Assembly: GCA_964478805.1 (NCBI GenBank)
Contig: CAYZJQ010000001.1
Location: forward strand, 2,727-66,726
Reading direction: 5' to 3'
Length of the DNA: 64,000 nt
Origin: an uncultured Halobacteriales archaeon
GTDB lineage: Archaea; Halobacteriota; Halobacteria; Halobacteriales; Haloarculaceae
Position numbers and translations under genes: made by a program. The notes under the pieces are model-generated. The model did not search any database. It saw only the letters and a program-made list of their open reading frames with translations, and was not told where the DNA came from. Shown here in pieces: positions 9,354 through 19,009 of the stretch. Position 1 is the first letter of the stretch. Each line of letters starts with the position of its first letter.

Positions 9354-10529
9354 TCACTCCCCCTCGCCGGACTCATAGTGGTCGCCCGCAGCCTCGGGGA
9401 TGCGGGTGCGACCAACCAGCGCGAGAACGACAATGACTGTGACGAACGGGATGATACGGACGAGTTGGCCCGGAAGGCCGGTACCACTGGTTTGGAGCCC
9501 AACCTGTAAGGCGTCCAGCCCGGCGAACAACAACGTCGAGAGAAACGCGCCGAGCGGATTGTAGTTGCCGAACAGGTAGGCAACGATAGCAATAAACCCC
9601 TTCCCGTTGACCATCGTCGGACCGTTACCGGTGAACTGACCGATCCCCAGCGCCAGCGCCGATCCGCCCATCCCAGCGAACACGCCTGAGAGGAGCACGG
9701 CCGCGTACCGGACCCGGGAGACATCCACACCGGCGGTGTCCAGCGCCTTCGGGTTCTCACCGCTCGCGCGGACCCACCGCCCGAAGCTCGTTCGGTTTAG
9801 CAGGTACCACGCCGCCGCAACGGTCAGGAACATCAGATAGATCGACAGCGAGGAATTAAGCAATACGTCTGCGATGAAGAGAAACGGTCGGGTAAGCGCT
9901 CCCAGCACAAAGTCGGCAGGGCCATCGACGACGGCCATACCGAGGTCAGGAACGTCGAGCCGCTGTGGGATGGCACCGGTATCGGGCAGGAAGCCGAGCA
10001 GCTCTGGTGGCGTGGGAACGGTCCCGACGCTCGCGGTGTTAGGGCCGCCATAGACGACCTGTGAGGCAAACGGCGCTAATCCCAAAGCGATGAGCCACAC
10101 CGCGAGACCGGCGATGATTTGATCGGCTTTGAATTCGATACAGACGACTGCAAAGAGCAGCGACAGCAGGGTTGAGGCGAGCACGCCAAGCCAGAAGCCA
10201 GCGAGGATACTTCCGGTTACGTCCGAGAGCCACACGGCAGTGAACGCCGCGATGATAAGCAGCCCCTCCAGACCGATGTTGATAACCCCGCTTTTTTCAG
10301 CGAAGATGCCCCCAATCGCCGCCAGCGCGATCGGCACTGACAGCCGGAGCGCCGATTCCATCGTGGACTCCTGGACGAGCACCGTGAGCAGGGTACCGAA
10401 GAGAGAGCGTGGACGGACGGTTCCGATCACTGCGACGGCAGCAAGCAGAATGAGTCCCCCGATGACACCGTAACCGCGCCGCCCGCTCGGGAAGCGGTCG
10501 GCAAGTCGCGCGAAAAGTGACTCACTCAT
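9354..10529 (-). CDS. Nucleoside ABC transporter permease
   Basis: EKSGVINIGLEG, RASGENP, GKGFIAI (BPD_transp_2); ATG at 10529. Confidence 0.9.
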   Translation of the reverse strand: MSESLFARLADRFPSGRRGYGVIGGLILLAAVAVIGTVRPRSLFGTLLTVLVQESTMESALRLSVPIALAAIGGIFAEKSGVINIGLEGLLIIAAFTAVWLSDVTGSILAGFWLGVLASTLLSLLFAVVCIEFKADQIIAGLAVWLIALGLAPFASQVVYGGPNTASVGTVPTPPELLGFLPDTGAIPQRLDVPDLGMAVVDGPADFVLGALTRPFLFIADVLLNSSLSIYLMFLTVAAAWYLLNRTSFGRWVRASGENPKALDTAGVDVSRVRYAAVLLSGVFAGMGGSALALGIGQFTGNGPTMVNGKGFIAIVAYLFGNYNPLGAFLSTLLFAGLDALQVGLQTSGTGLPGQLVRIIPFVTVIVVLALVGRTRIPEAAGDHYESGEGE

Positions 10530-11922
10530 CGTCTCCACCTCCGTCGTCCTCTGACTTCCTGTCGCGGAAAGCCGCCGCAGATTGTGACTCCTCCGCTCGC
10601 GTCCCACCGTCCGCCACAACGCGAGCCGCACCCTCGCGAGTGCGCCGCCGGACCGACTCCGCGCGTCGGCCGATGAGCCGGAAGAACTCCGGCATCGCGA
10701 CAAAGAGGATAATAAGCCCCCGAAGGACCCCCACCAGCTGTGGGGGCACATCGGTCGCGAAATCAACCACGACCGCGCCAGACTTCAACACGCCGAACAG
10801 CAGTGCGGCAAAGCCCACGCCCAGCGGGTTGTTCCCCGCGAGGATGGAGACGGTAATCCCGTCGAATCCGTACGCCGGGACGCCCGTCTGATACTTGCCG
10901 AGAATCATCATCACGTACAGCGCCCCACCAATGCCGCCGAGCGCTCCCGAGAGCGCGAAACTTGAGACGACGGTGCGGGCAGCGTTAACGCCGCCGTACT
11001 CGGCGGCTTCCGGTTGAAGCCCGCTGGTTCGGAGCTCATACCCAAAAGTCGTGTGCGAGAGCAGGTAGTAGACAGCACCAACGAGCAGCAAGCCGACAGC
11101 CAGCGCGAGGATCGAGAAGTTCGTCCGCGGATCGAACAGAAGCGATGGGAACCCGGCATATTCTGGCAGTGACCGGGTCTGTGTCGCCGCGCTCTCAGGA
11201 TCTTTGAACCGGTTGAGTACGAGATAGCCGACTACCCCCGTTGCGACGAAATTCAGCATGATAGTCGTGATCACCTCGTTGGCGTCGGCGTATGCTTTCA
11301 ACAGACCGGGAATCGCGCCATAGAACCCGCCACCGACGGCGCCAGCGATCAGCCCCAGCGGAACGAGCAGGAGCGTCCCAACCAGCCCCGAGACCAGCGG
11401 CGCAGCCGCGAGAACGGCCAGCGCGCTCGTGAGGCCGCCCACCACCAGTTGCCCTTGCGTCCCGATATTGAAGATACCGGCGCGGAAAGCGACGGCAACC
11501 GACAAACCAGTGAATACGAGTACGGTTGTCTCACGCAGGGTCACAGCGACCTGCGAATTCACCGGACTCCACTCCTCGCGGAACGGGTTCACTGACCCGC
11601 CTGAGAGCGGCGAGAGCGGGCCCCACCCCTGCTTAAGTGGGTCGCCGAGTGCACCGAGAAACAGTCGGTCGTAGACGGCAACCGGGTCGTAACAGAAGCC
11701 GACACGAAACAACGACGGCAGACCGAACGGCGTCGGATGAGTGAGCACGAACGCCGCCGTTGAGCATTCCGCCACCCGACCGGAAGCAAGGATAATCCCC
11801 GTGCCGACGATAACAGCGAGCAGGAGGGACGCGACGCTGATCGCGAACCGTTCCGTCGCCGATGCGTCGACGAGCCGGGCCAGCAATTTCTCGGCGCGCG
11901 TCCGAGCGCTGGATCCGCTCAC
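10522..11922 (-). CDS. Nucleoside ABC transporter permease
   Basis: FNIGTQGQ, NEVITTIMLN, GFDGITVSILAGNNPLG. Confidence 0.9.
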   Translation of the reverse strand: MSGSSARTRAEKLLARLVDASATERFAISVASLLLAVIVGTGIILASGRVAECSTAAFVLTHPTPFGLPSLFRVGFCYDPVAVYDRLFLGALGDPLKQGWGPLSPLSGGSVNPFREEWSPVNSQVAVTLRETTVLVFTGLSVAVAFRAGIFNIGTQGQLVVGGLTSALAVLAAAPLVSGLVGTLLLVPLGLIAGAVGGGFYGAIPGLLKAYADANEVITTIMLNFVATGVVGYLVLNRFKDPESAATQTRSLPEYAGFPSLLFDPRTNFSILALAVGLLLVGAVYYLLSHTTFGYELRTSGLQPEAAEYGGVNAARTVVSSFALSGALGGIGGALYVMMILGKYQTGVPAYGFDGITVSILAGNNPLGVGFAALLFGVLKSGAVVVDFATDVPPQLVGVLRGLIILFVAMPEFFRLIGRRAESVRRRTREGAARVVADGGTRAEESQSAAAFRDRKSEDDGGGDDE

Positions 11923-13481
11923 TGCTCGATCCCCTCGTTGGCGGCGCGCTCTGGTTCGAGCTCGCGTGTCGGCTGTTCGCCGGCCATCAGCAGCCCAAGT
12001 TCCTCCTCGGTCACGTCGTTGGGATCGACGACGCCCATCAACTCGCCGCCGTGCATCACGGCCAGCCGGTCGGAGAGCGACTGCACCTCCTCGAGCTTCG
12101 AGGAGACGAGTAGCACGGCGCCACCGGAGTCACGCAGGTCGAGCAGCCGCTCGTGGATGAACTCCGTCGACCCGATGTCCACTCCGCGGGTAGGGTGGGT
12201 CGCGACAAGCACCGACGGGTCATGTTCGAACTCTCGGCCAACAATAAACTTCTGCTGATTGCCTCCCGACAGTGCGGCGGCCTCGGCGCTCGCGTTCGGT
12301 GGGCGCACGTCATACGCCTCGATGATATTCTCCGCGTGACCGCGAGTATGCGCCCAATCGATGCGGCCGCCGCGCGCAAAGCCACTGTCATGCTGGTTGC
12401 CGAGTAGGCCGTTCTCAACGAGGTCGAAATCCATTACCAGCCCGCGCTCCTGGCGGTCCTCCGGAATATAAGCCATCCCCGCGTCGATTCGCTCTCGACG
12501 CGACCAGTCAGTCACGTCGGTCCCTTCGAACGTGACCGTACCCGCGGCTGGTCGAGCCATCCCAGTGACTGCGGCGACGAGTTCGGCCTGGCCGTTGCCA
12601 TCCACACCGGCAATGCCGAACACTTCGCCCTCTCTGACTGAAAAAGAGACTTTCTCAACCGCGCGGACTCCACGGTCATCGTCTACCGAGAGATCATCAA
12701 CGGCGAGGACGACCTCACCGGGGTCACCCGATGCACCGGCCGTTTCAAGCAGTACCTCCCGCCCAACCATCAACTCTGCGAGCGCCTCGGAGGTCGTCTC
12801 GTCGGTCGCGAGGCTACCAACGTTGCGCCCGTCCCGGAGGACGGTCACCTCGTCGGCGGCTTCCAGTGCCTCGCCGAGTTTGTGAGTGATGAAAATGATT
12901 GTTTTCCCTGCGTCGGTGAGCTCTTCAAGCACGTCGAAGAGGTCCTCAACCTCTTGGGGAGTGAGCACCGCTGTTGGCTCGTCGAGAATGAGGATGTCGG
13001 CGCCTCGATAAAGCGCTTTGAGGATTTCGACCCGTTGTTGAACGCCGACGCTGATGTCCTCAATACGCGCGTCCGGATTGACGTCGAAGCCGTACTGTTC
13101 GCTGAGGTCGACCACGGCCTCGCGGGCAGCGTCGCGGTCGACTGCGAGCCCGCCCCACTTGCGTGGCTCGTTCCCGAGCGTGACATTCTCGGCGACAGTC
13201 ATGGGATCGACCAACATGAAATGTTGATGAATCATCCCGACGCCAGCGTCGATGGCGTCGCGGGGCGAGTCGAACCGTCGCTCGGTTCCGTTCACAACGA
13301 CCCGGCCCTCGGTGGGCCGGTACAGTCCGTAGAGGACGTTCATAAGGGTAGTCTTGCCAGCGCCGTTCTCGCCGAGTAGAGCGTGGACGCTGCCGCGCTC
13401 AACCTCGAGGGTCACGTCGTCGTTCGCGACGACCCCCGGAAACCGCTTGGTGATCCCGTCGAGGTGGACGGCTCGACTCAT
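11919..13481 (-). CDS. Nucleoside/sugar ABC transporter ATP-binding protein (tandem domains)
   Basis: GENGAGKTT, ILDEPT, LSGGNQQK, PTRGVDIG. Confidence 0.95.
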   Translation of the reverse strand: MSRAVHLDGITKRFPGVVANDDVTLEVERGSVHALLGENGAGKTTLMNVLYGLYRPTEGRVVVNGTERRFDSPRDAIDAGVGMIHQHFMLVDPMTVAENVTLGNEPRKWGGLAVDRDAAREAVVDLSEQYGFDVNPDARIEDISVGVQQRVEILKALYRGADILILDEPTAVLTPQEVEDLFDVLEELTDAGKTIIFITHKLGEALEAADEVTVLRDGRNVGSLATDETTSEALAELMVGREVLLETAGASGDPGEVVLAVDDLSVDDDRGVRAVEKVSFSVREGEVFGIAGVDGNGQAELVAAVTGMARPAAGTVTFEGTDVTDWSRRERIDAGMAYIPEDRQERGLVMDFDLVENGLLGNQHDSGFARGGRIDWAHTRGHAENIIEAYDVRPPNASAEAAALSGGNQQKFIVGREFEHDPSVLVATHPTRGVDIGSTEFIHERLLDLRDSGGAVLLVSSKLEEVQSLSDRLAVMHGGELMGVVDPNDVTEEELGLLMAGEQPTRELEPERAANEGIEQ

Positions 13482-13487
13482 CCGGCC

Positions 13488-14627
13488 TTAGGCGTTGTTC
13501 GGGTCGGTCGGAACATCGACCTCGCCGTCGACAATAGCCGTACGGGCGTCCCCGATAGTTGACTGCACCTCGGACGGGATGGCCTCGCCCAACTGCTGGC
13601 CGTAGACGATACCAACACCCTCGGCCTCCAGCCCGAGCGCGGTCACCGAGCCACCGGGGAAGTCACCCTCGACCTGAGCTTCGACGGCATCGAAGACTGC
13701 CGTGTCGACGCGTTTGACCATCGACGCGAGGATCACGTCGGCATAGGAGTCGCGCGTCACCGACTGGTCGCGGTCAACCCCGATAGCGAACCGGCCCTGC
13801 TCTTGCGCGGCCCGGAAGACACCGGTACCGGTGTTTCCGGACGCGTGATAGATGACGTCCGCTCCGGAGTTGTACATCGACAGCGCGGCCTCCTGGCCGC
13901 CCTGTGGGTCGTTGAACGAGCCGACGTAGTTGGTCTGGACATCAACGTCGTCGTTCGCGGCCTTCACACCCGCCGTGTACCCTGCCTCGAACCGCCGGAT
14001 GAGATCGGATTCGACGCCGCCGACGAAGCCGACGTTCGTTGAATCGGACTGGGTCGAGCCGGCGCCGGCCGAGAACGACCGCGTCGTGAGCAGCCCGGCC
14101 AGCTGGCCGACCAGGTACGATCCCTCCTCCTCTGCGAACACGTAGGAGGCGACGTTCGGCTCATCGACCACCGAGTCGACGATCTGGAAGTTCTGCTCTG
14201 GATACTGCGCTGCGTTCTCACCGAGCGCATCCGCCTGCAGGAAGCCGATACACGACACGAGATCGTAGTCTGGGTCCGTTGACTGGGCGAACTGCTGTTG
14301 AAGATTCGCAAAATCAGCAACCTCCTGTGGCTGGGCCTCCTGGAACTGGACATCGAGTTCCTCTGCAGCCCGCTGAATGCCTGTCTGCGCCTGGTCGTTG
14401 AACGAGCCGTCGCCCAGCCCGCCCGTTGCGTATACCATTCCGACATTGACCGGATCCGGTGTCGGCGTCGCGGTCTCGTCGTCCTCATTTGAGTCGGAGT
14501 CGTCGCCGTCGTCCATCGGCGTGTCCGTGGCAGTCGAGTCCGCCGATGGACCGCCGGTGCAGCCAGCGAGCCCCGCGATACCTGCTACCCCCACACCAGT
14601 GATGAACCGCCGCCTGTCGAGTACCAT
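13488..14627 (-). CDS. BMP-family nucleoside-binding lipoprotein (Tat-exported)
   Basis: DRRRF Tat motif, LAGC lipobox, GGLGDGSFND, AIGVDRDQ, SMVKRVD. Confidence 0.92.
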   Translation of the reverse strand: MVLDRRRFITGVGVAGIAGLAGCTGGPSADSTATDTPMDDGDDSDSNEDDETATPTPDPVNVGMVYATGGLGDGSFNDQAQTGIQRAAEELDVQFQEAQPQEVADFANLQQQFAQSTDPDYDLVSCIGFLQADALGENAAQYPEQNFQIVDSVVDEPNVASYVFAEEEGSYLVGQLAGLLTTRSFSAGAGSTQSDSTNVGFVGGVESDLIRRFEAGYTAGVKAANDDVDVQTNYVGSFNDPQGGQEAALSMYNSGADVIYHASGNTGTGVFRAAQEQGRFAIGVDRDQSVTRDSYADVILASMVKRVDTAVFDAVEAQVEGDFPGGSVTALGLEAEGVGIVYGQQLGEAIPSEVQSTIGDARTAIVDGEVDVPTDPNNA

Positions 14628-14751
14628 CTCGGCTGAACGCCCGTCTCGCCGGTGTATAAGAACTGCGAAACGGTCCCCCGGTGAGATATATATAGTGGTA
14701 CTTAAGCGGACCCGATCTCGACCGGTACCTCAAGTCAGGTACCGCCGCTGG

Positions 14752-16116
14752 CTACAGTGCAGCTTCAACGATATCACGCGCCCGTTTGACCAGCGCGTCC
14801 ACGTCGTCAGCCTCGGCGTAGACCCGCACGTACGGCTCCGTTCCAGACGGCCGAACAAGCACCCATGAGGCGTCCTCTCGCTCCACGCGAACCCCATACT
14901 CGGTGTCGACGACCGCGTTAGGGAACGCGTCCGGCAACGCGTCGGCGACTATCTCCATCACCTGCGCCTTTCGGGCGTCGGGACACGGCACCGAAACTTT
15001 CCGGTATGGGCGCTCGGTCACGGCCGCGCGCAGGGCATCAAGAGAGTCGGCAGCGACCAAGCGAACGAGTACGGCCGCGCTCGCCACACCGTCGATCCAC
15101 GGACCCTGTTTGGGGTGGATATGTTTCCACGGCTCCGCGGCAAACGCCACCTCGGTCCCTTCGTCGCCACGTGCTCGCACAGCGGCGATACCTTCATGAA
15201 GAGCACCCAGACGCACGCGCTCAACGCGGCCGCCAACCGCTCGAACCCGGTCATCGATGCGAGCGGAAGCGTTCGGTGTCGTGACGACTACGGGGTCAGT
15301 AGCATCACTCGCAGCGACAAACCGCTCGGCAATCACAGCGACGACCGTGTCTTCGTGTACCACCTCGCCGTCGGCGTCGACGACGGCGATCCGGTCGGCG
15401 TCGCCGTCGTGCCCGATCCCGAGATCCGCGTCCCCGTCGCGGACGAACGCCCGAAGCTCCGCAAGCGACTCCGCGGTTGGCTTCGATTCGCGGGCCGGAA
15501 AGTGGCCGTCTACCTGTGCGTTGAGCGCGACCACCTCGGCTCCAAGCGCGCGCAGAACTTGTGGGGTCACACGACCCCCCATCCCCGTCCCGCAGTCCAC
15601 GGCAACGGTTAGATCGTCGGGGGCTCCGCCGTAGCCGCTCGCATACGCGATAACGGCCTCGCGGTAATCTTTGAGGATGCTCGCCTCTTCGCTCGTCGAA
15701 AACTGGTCCCACGCGACCGGCGGCTCCAATGTCTCAACCGACTCCTCGATTGCCCTCTCGGCCTCGCGGTCGTACTCCTGACCATCCCGGAACAATTTCA
15801 GCCCGTTGTCGGTCGGCGGGTTGTGACTTGCCGTCACCATCACCCCTCGGCAGCCGCGGCTGGCGTAGGCGAGCCCCGGCGTCGGTACCCGGCCGACGCG
15901 GACACTTCGCGCGCCACCGGACTGCAGCCCTGCGGCAACGGCGTCCGCGAGCGCGCTGCCCGTCTCTCGACCGTCTCGACCGACGACGAATGTCGGCGTC
16001 GACACCCCCGGCTCGGCTGCGTGTAGTGCCACGGCCCGGCCCACGGATAGTGCGAGCGCTGGCGTGACTCGCTCACGGACGTCACCACGGATTCCCGCGG
16101 TCCCGAATAAATCCAT
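14752..16116 (-). CDS. Phosphohexomutase-family enzyme (phosphomannomutase/possible phosphopentomutase)
   Basis: LFGTAGIRG, TASHNP, HDGDADR, RPSGTEP; co-oriented with the nucleoside cluster. Confidence 0.9.
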   Translation of the reverse strand: MDLFGTAGIRGDVRERVTPALALSVGRAVALHAAEPGVSTPTFVVGRDGRETGSALADAVAAGLQSGGARSVRVGRVPTPGLAYASRGCRGVMVTASHNPPTDNGLKLFRDGQEYDREAERAIEESVETLEPPVAWDQFSTSEEASILKDYREAVIAYASGYGGAPDDLTVAVDCGTGMGGRVTPQVLRALGAEVVALNAQVDGHFPARESKPTAESLAELRAFVRDGDADLGIGHDGDADRIAVVDADGEVVHEDTVVAVIAERFVAASDATDPVVVTTPNASARIDDRVRAVGGRVERVRLGALHEGIAAVRARGDEGTEVAFAAEPWKHIHPKQGPWIDGVASAAVLVRLVAADSLDALRAAVTERPYRKVSVPCPDARKAQVMEIVADALPDAFPNAVVDTEYGVRVEREDASWVLVRPSGTEPYVRVYAEADDVDALVKRARDIVEAAL

Positions 16117-16169
16117 GCGCGAGCGTTCGCCGGGGCCTACTTAGGTGTCCCGTCCTGCTGGAGGCGCCC

Positions 16170-16619
16170 TCAGAGCTCGACGCCGCTTGGGATCAGCGAG
16201 TGTTGACGAAGCAGCTCGCCGTCCGCGTCGTAAACAAGGAACGTCCCCTTCTCGTGTTCAAACCGGGTCTCGCCGTCAACGGCAACCCGGATCCGGTAAC
16301 GATGCTCTTCGTCGGTTTCTTTCCCGAATTCGCGGGCCGCGTCGACGAACGCCAGCACGTCCTCGCCCTCTGCGTTGAGTTCGAGAATAAACTCACCAGT
16401 GACTCGATTCGTCACGGCGACGACGCCCGTCGGCGACTCGTCGACCGGCCCTTGGAGCCGGTACGCCACGTCGATCGACTCGCCGACCAGTGGCTCGCCG
16501 TCGGCGTCGGTAAGCCGCTCAAGGAGCTCTTCCGCGGGCCCCTCGAAGTCGATCGACACCGTTGGCACCTCGTCGGCGTCGAGGTTGGTCGCCTCCAGCG
16601 TGAAATAATCTCGCCGCAT
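16170..16619 (-). CDS. Conserved haloarchaeal protein (DUF5793-like)
   Basis: MRRDYFTL...IDVAYRLQ...GEFILELN...SLIPSGVEL; acidic. Confidence 0.7.
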   Translation of the reverse strand: MRRDYFTLEATNLDADEVPTVSIDFEGPAEELLERLTDADGEPLVGESIDVAYRLQGPVDESPTGVVAVTNRVTGEFILELNAEGEDVLAFVDAAREFGKETDEEHRYRIRVAVDGETRFEHEKGTFLVYDADGELLRQHSLIPSGVEL

Positions 16620-16732
16620 CTACTGGCCTTACGAGAGGCGTGCGGAAGAACGTAACGGGCCGGGCAAGCGTCGATTCCGACGTCTGGCGTCCGTCCCGAC
16701 AGGTTTTACCCCGGTGCCACCGCCGACGTGGT

Positions 16733-17287
16733 ATGGCATGGGTCGACTCCGAGTACGCCGGGGCGCTCGCTGTCGTCGCTGCGTGGCTCTCCGTGCTGCT
16801 CCCCTGGACGGTCTCCCTCCGGACGGGGCGACTGCTCGGCGAGAATGCCTCGCTTGTAGTCGTTCGTTTTCCGTTCGCAATGTTCCAGTTCCTCTTTGGC
16901 CCCGAAGTACAAGGGTTCGATACCCTCGTCCCTGTGTGGGAGGCACCGTGGTTTCCTGCCGACGCACCGCCGGGACTCGCCGACCTCACCACCGTCTCGA
17001 ACGCTTACGCTGTATGGCTCGTCGGCGCCGGCATACTCGCAGCCGCGTTCGGGCTCTCGCTCGTCTACTATGCTCGCGATGAGGCCGTTGAGGCGAACGT
17101 GCCGATCGATCCCGTCCACGTGATGGGCGCGCTGCTTGCAGTCGGGGGAGCTACGCTCCTTCTCTCGACACTTGTGCTCTTCGGCCCCCTTGCCGGCATT
17201 ACCGTCCCCGTCGGGGCAATCATCGTCCCGCTATTGGGAGGCGTTCTATTGCGAACTGAACGGGCCAAGGTCAAGGATGAGAGCTGA
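16733..17287 (+). CDS. Conserved haloarchaeal membrane protein
   Basis: WVDSEYAGALAVVAAWLSVLLPW start; several hydrophobic segments; directly upstream of pilB. Confidence 0.7.
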   Translation: MAWVDSEYAGALAVVAAWLSVLLPWTVSLRTGRLLGENASLVVVRFPFAMFQFLFGPEVQGFDTLVPVWEAPWFPADAPPGLADLTTVSNAYAVWLVGAGILAAAFGLSLVYYARDEAVEANVPIDPVHVMGALLAVGGATLLLSTLVLFGPLAGITVPVGAIIVPLLGGVLLRTERAKVKDES

Positions 17288-17368
17288 CGGCTGCGACTCA
17301 GCATCGCAACTCGCGCGTGCATTGAAGTGTATCGCGTGCTGATGGCGTACAACGCTGGTCACTCCACA

Positions 17369-19009
17369 ATGCCAGAACCGTCAGATGAAGGGGTGTTCGC
17401 CACCGTTCGGCGGGCGCTCACCGTGCTCCGTGGGACACGGGTCGACGCGTCGAACTACGTGCCCGAGCGACACGGGGCACTCGCCCCAGCGACGGTCGAT
17501 GCCGTCGGCACAGAGGTAGGCCGCTACTGGCTGAACGCGCCCTACTCGTACGCCTCGATCCGCTACGACGACACAGAAAGCGAACACCGGTACGTCGTGG
17601 TGGAGCCAGAGCTATCGGCGGACCTCGCGGCTCTCCTCGACCGGCTCTACGACGACGTCCGTGATCCATTGCTCTACCGCGAGGACGCCCGCGGTGATCC
17701 GGAGGCGCTGCTCCGCAAGGAGCTCCGAGACCGACTCGAGGAATACGGCATCGAGGTCACCGTTGCGGACGTCCATCGGCTGTTCTACTACCTATGGCGT
17801 CGCTTTCGCGGCTTCGGCCGACTTGACCCGCTAATGCATGACGACCGCATCGAAGACATCTCTTGTGACGGGTACGACGTGCCACTGTACGCGTATCACG
17901 ACGAGTACCAAGACATCGCGACGAGCGTCTCCTTCGGTGCCGATGAGCTCGACTCGTTCGTCATTCGAATGGCCCAACAGGCGGGACAACACATCTCTGT
18001 CGGCAACCCTGTCGTTGGGACAACCCTTGCTGATGGGTCCCGCGCTGAATTGACTCTTGACGAGGAAGTCACCCCTCGCGGCTCAGCGTTCACGATCCGC
18101 AAGTACAGCGATGAGCCGTTCACGCCCGTCGACCTGCTTGAGTTCGGCACGTTCTCGCTTGAGCAGATGGCCTACCTCTGGCTCGCCATTGAGAACAACA
18201 AGAACATCGTCTTCGCCGGAGGGACCGCGTCGGGTAAGACCACCTCAATGAACGCGATCTCGATGTTCATTCCGCCGCGTTCGAAGCTCATTACGATCGA
18301 GGACACTCGCGAACTGTCGCTGTACCACGACAACTGGCTCTCCTCAGTGACCCGAGACCGTCTTGACGAGGAGTCAAACGTGACGATGTACGACCTTCTC
18401 CGCAGCGCCCTGCGCCACCGTCCTGAGTACATTCTCGTCGGCGAGGTGCGTGGCGAGGAGGCTATCACGCTGTTTCAGGCGATGAACACTGGCCATACGA
18501 CGCTGTCAACGATGCACGCCGACTCCGTGCAGACGGTCATCAACCGGCTGGAGAACGAACCGATCAACGTGCCGCGGCCGATGGTCCAGTCGCTGGACGT
18601 GCTCTGTGTGCAAGTGCTTGCTCGGCGGGGCGAACAGCGGGTCCGGCGAGCTGGAACCGTTGCGGAGATCGAGGGGATTGATCAGCGGACCGGTGAGCTC
18701 GATTACTCCAACGCCTACGAGTGGCGCACCAGCGATGACACGTTCCGTGAGGGGAACCGTAACCTGCTCGACGAGATCCGTGACGAGCGCGGCTGGTCGC
18801 AGGCGGAGCTGTTGCGCGAACTGCGCCGTCGCCGGGGGTTTCTCTCAACGCTGCAGGACGAAGGTGTCAGAAACTACCAGCGGTTTACCGCGCTCGTTAA
18901 CGCCTACTACGCCGACCCTGAGCGGACGCTTAATCGGCTGGGCGTCGGGTCGGCAGCCGAGCCGGGTGACGGGCGAGGAGCGGAGAACGTGGAGGCCGAC
19001 GACGACTGA
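17369..19009 (+). CDS. pilB: Type IV pilus/T2SS assembly ATPase
   Basis: IEDISCDG, GGTASGKTT, TIEDTRE, ALRHRPEYILVGEVRG, MNTGH. Confidence 0.92.
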   Translation: MPEPSDEGVFATVRRALTVLRGTRVDASNYVPERHGALAPATVDAVGTEVGRYWLNAPYSYASIRYDDTESEHRYVVVEPELSADLAALLDRLYDDVRDPLLYREDARGDPEALLRKELRDRLEEYGIEVTVADVHRLFYYLWRRFRGFGRLDPLMHDDRIEDISCDGYDVPLYAYHDEYQDIATSVSFGADELDSFVIRMAQQAGQHISVGNPVVGTTLADGSRAELTLDEEVTPRGSAFTIRKYSDEPFTPVDLLEFGTFSLEQMAYLWLAIENNKNIVFAGGTASGKTTSMNAISMFIPPRSKLITIEDTRELSLYHDNWLSSVTRDRLDEESNVTMYDLLRSALRHRPEYILVGEVRGEEAITLFQAMNTGHTTLSTMHADSVQTVINRLENEPINVPRPMVQSLDVLCVQVLARRGEQRVRRAGTVAEIEGIDQRTGELDYSNAYEWRTSDDTFREGNRNLLDEIRDERGWSQAELLRELRRRRGFLSTLQDEGVRNYQRFTALVNAYYADPERTLNRLGVGSAAEPGDGRGAENVEADDD

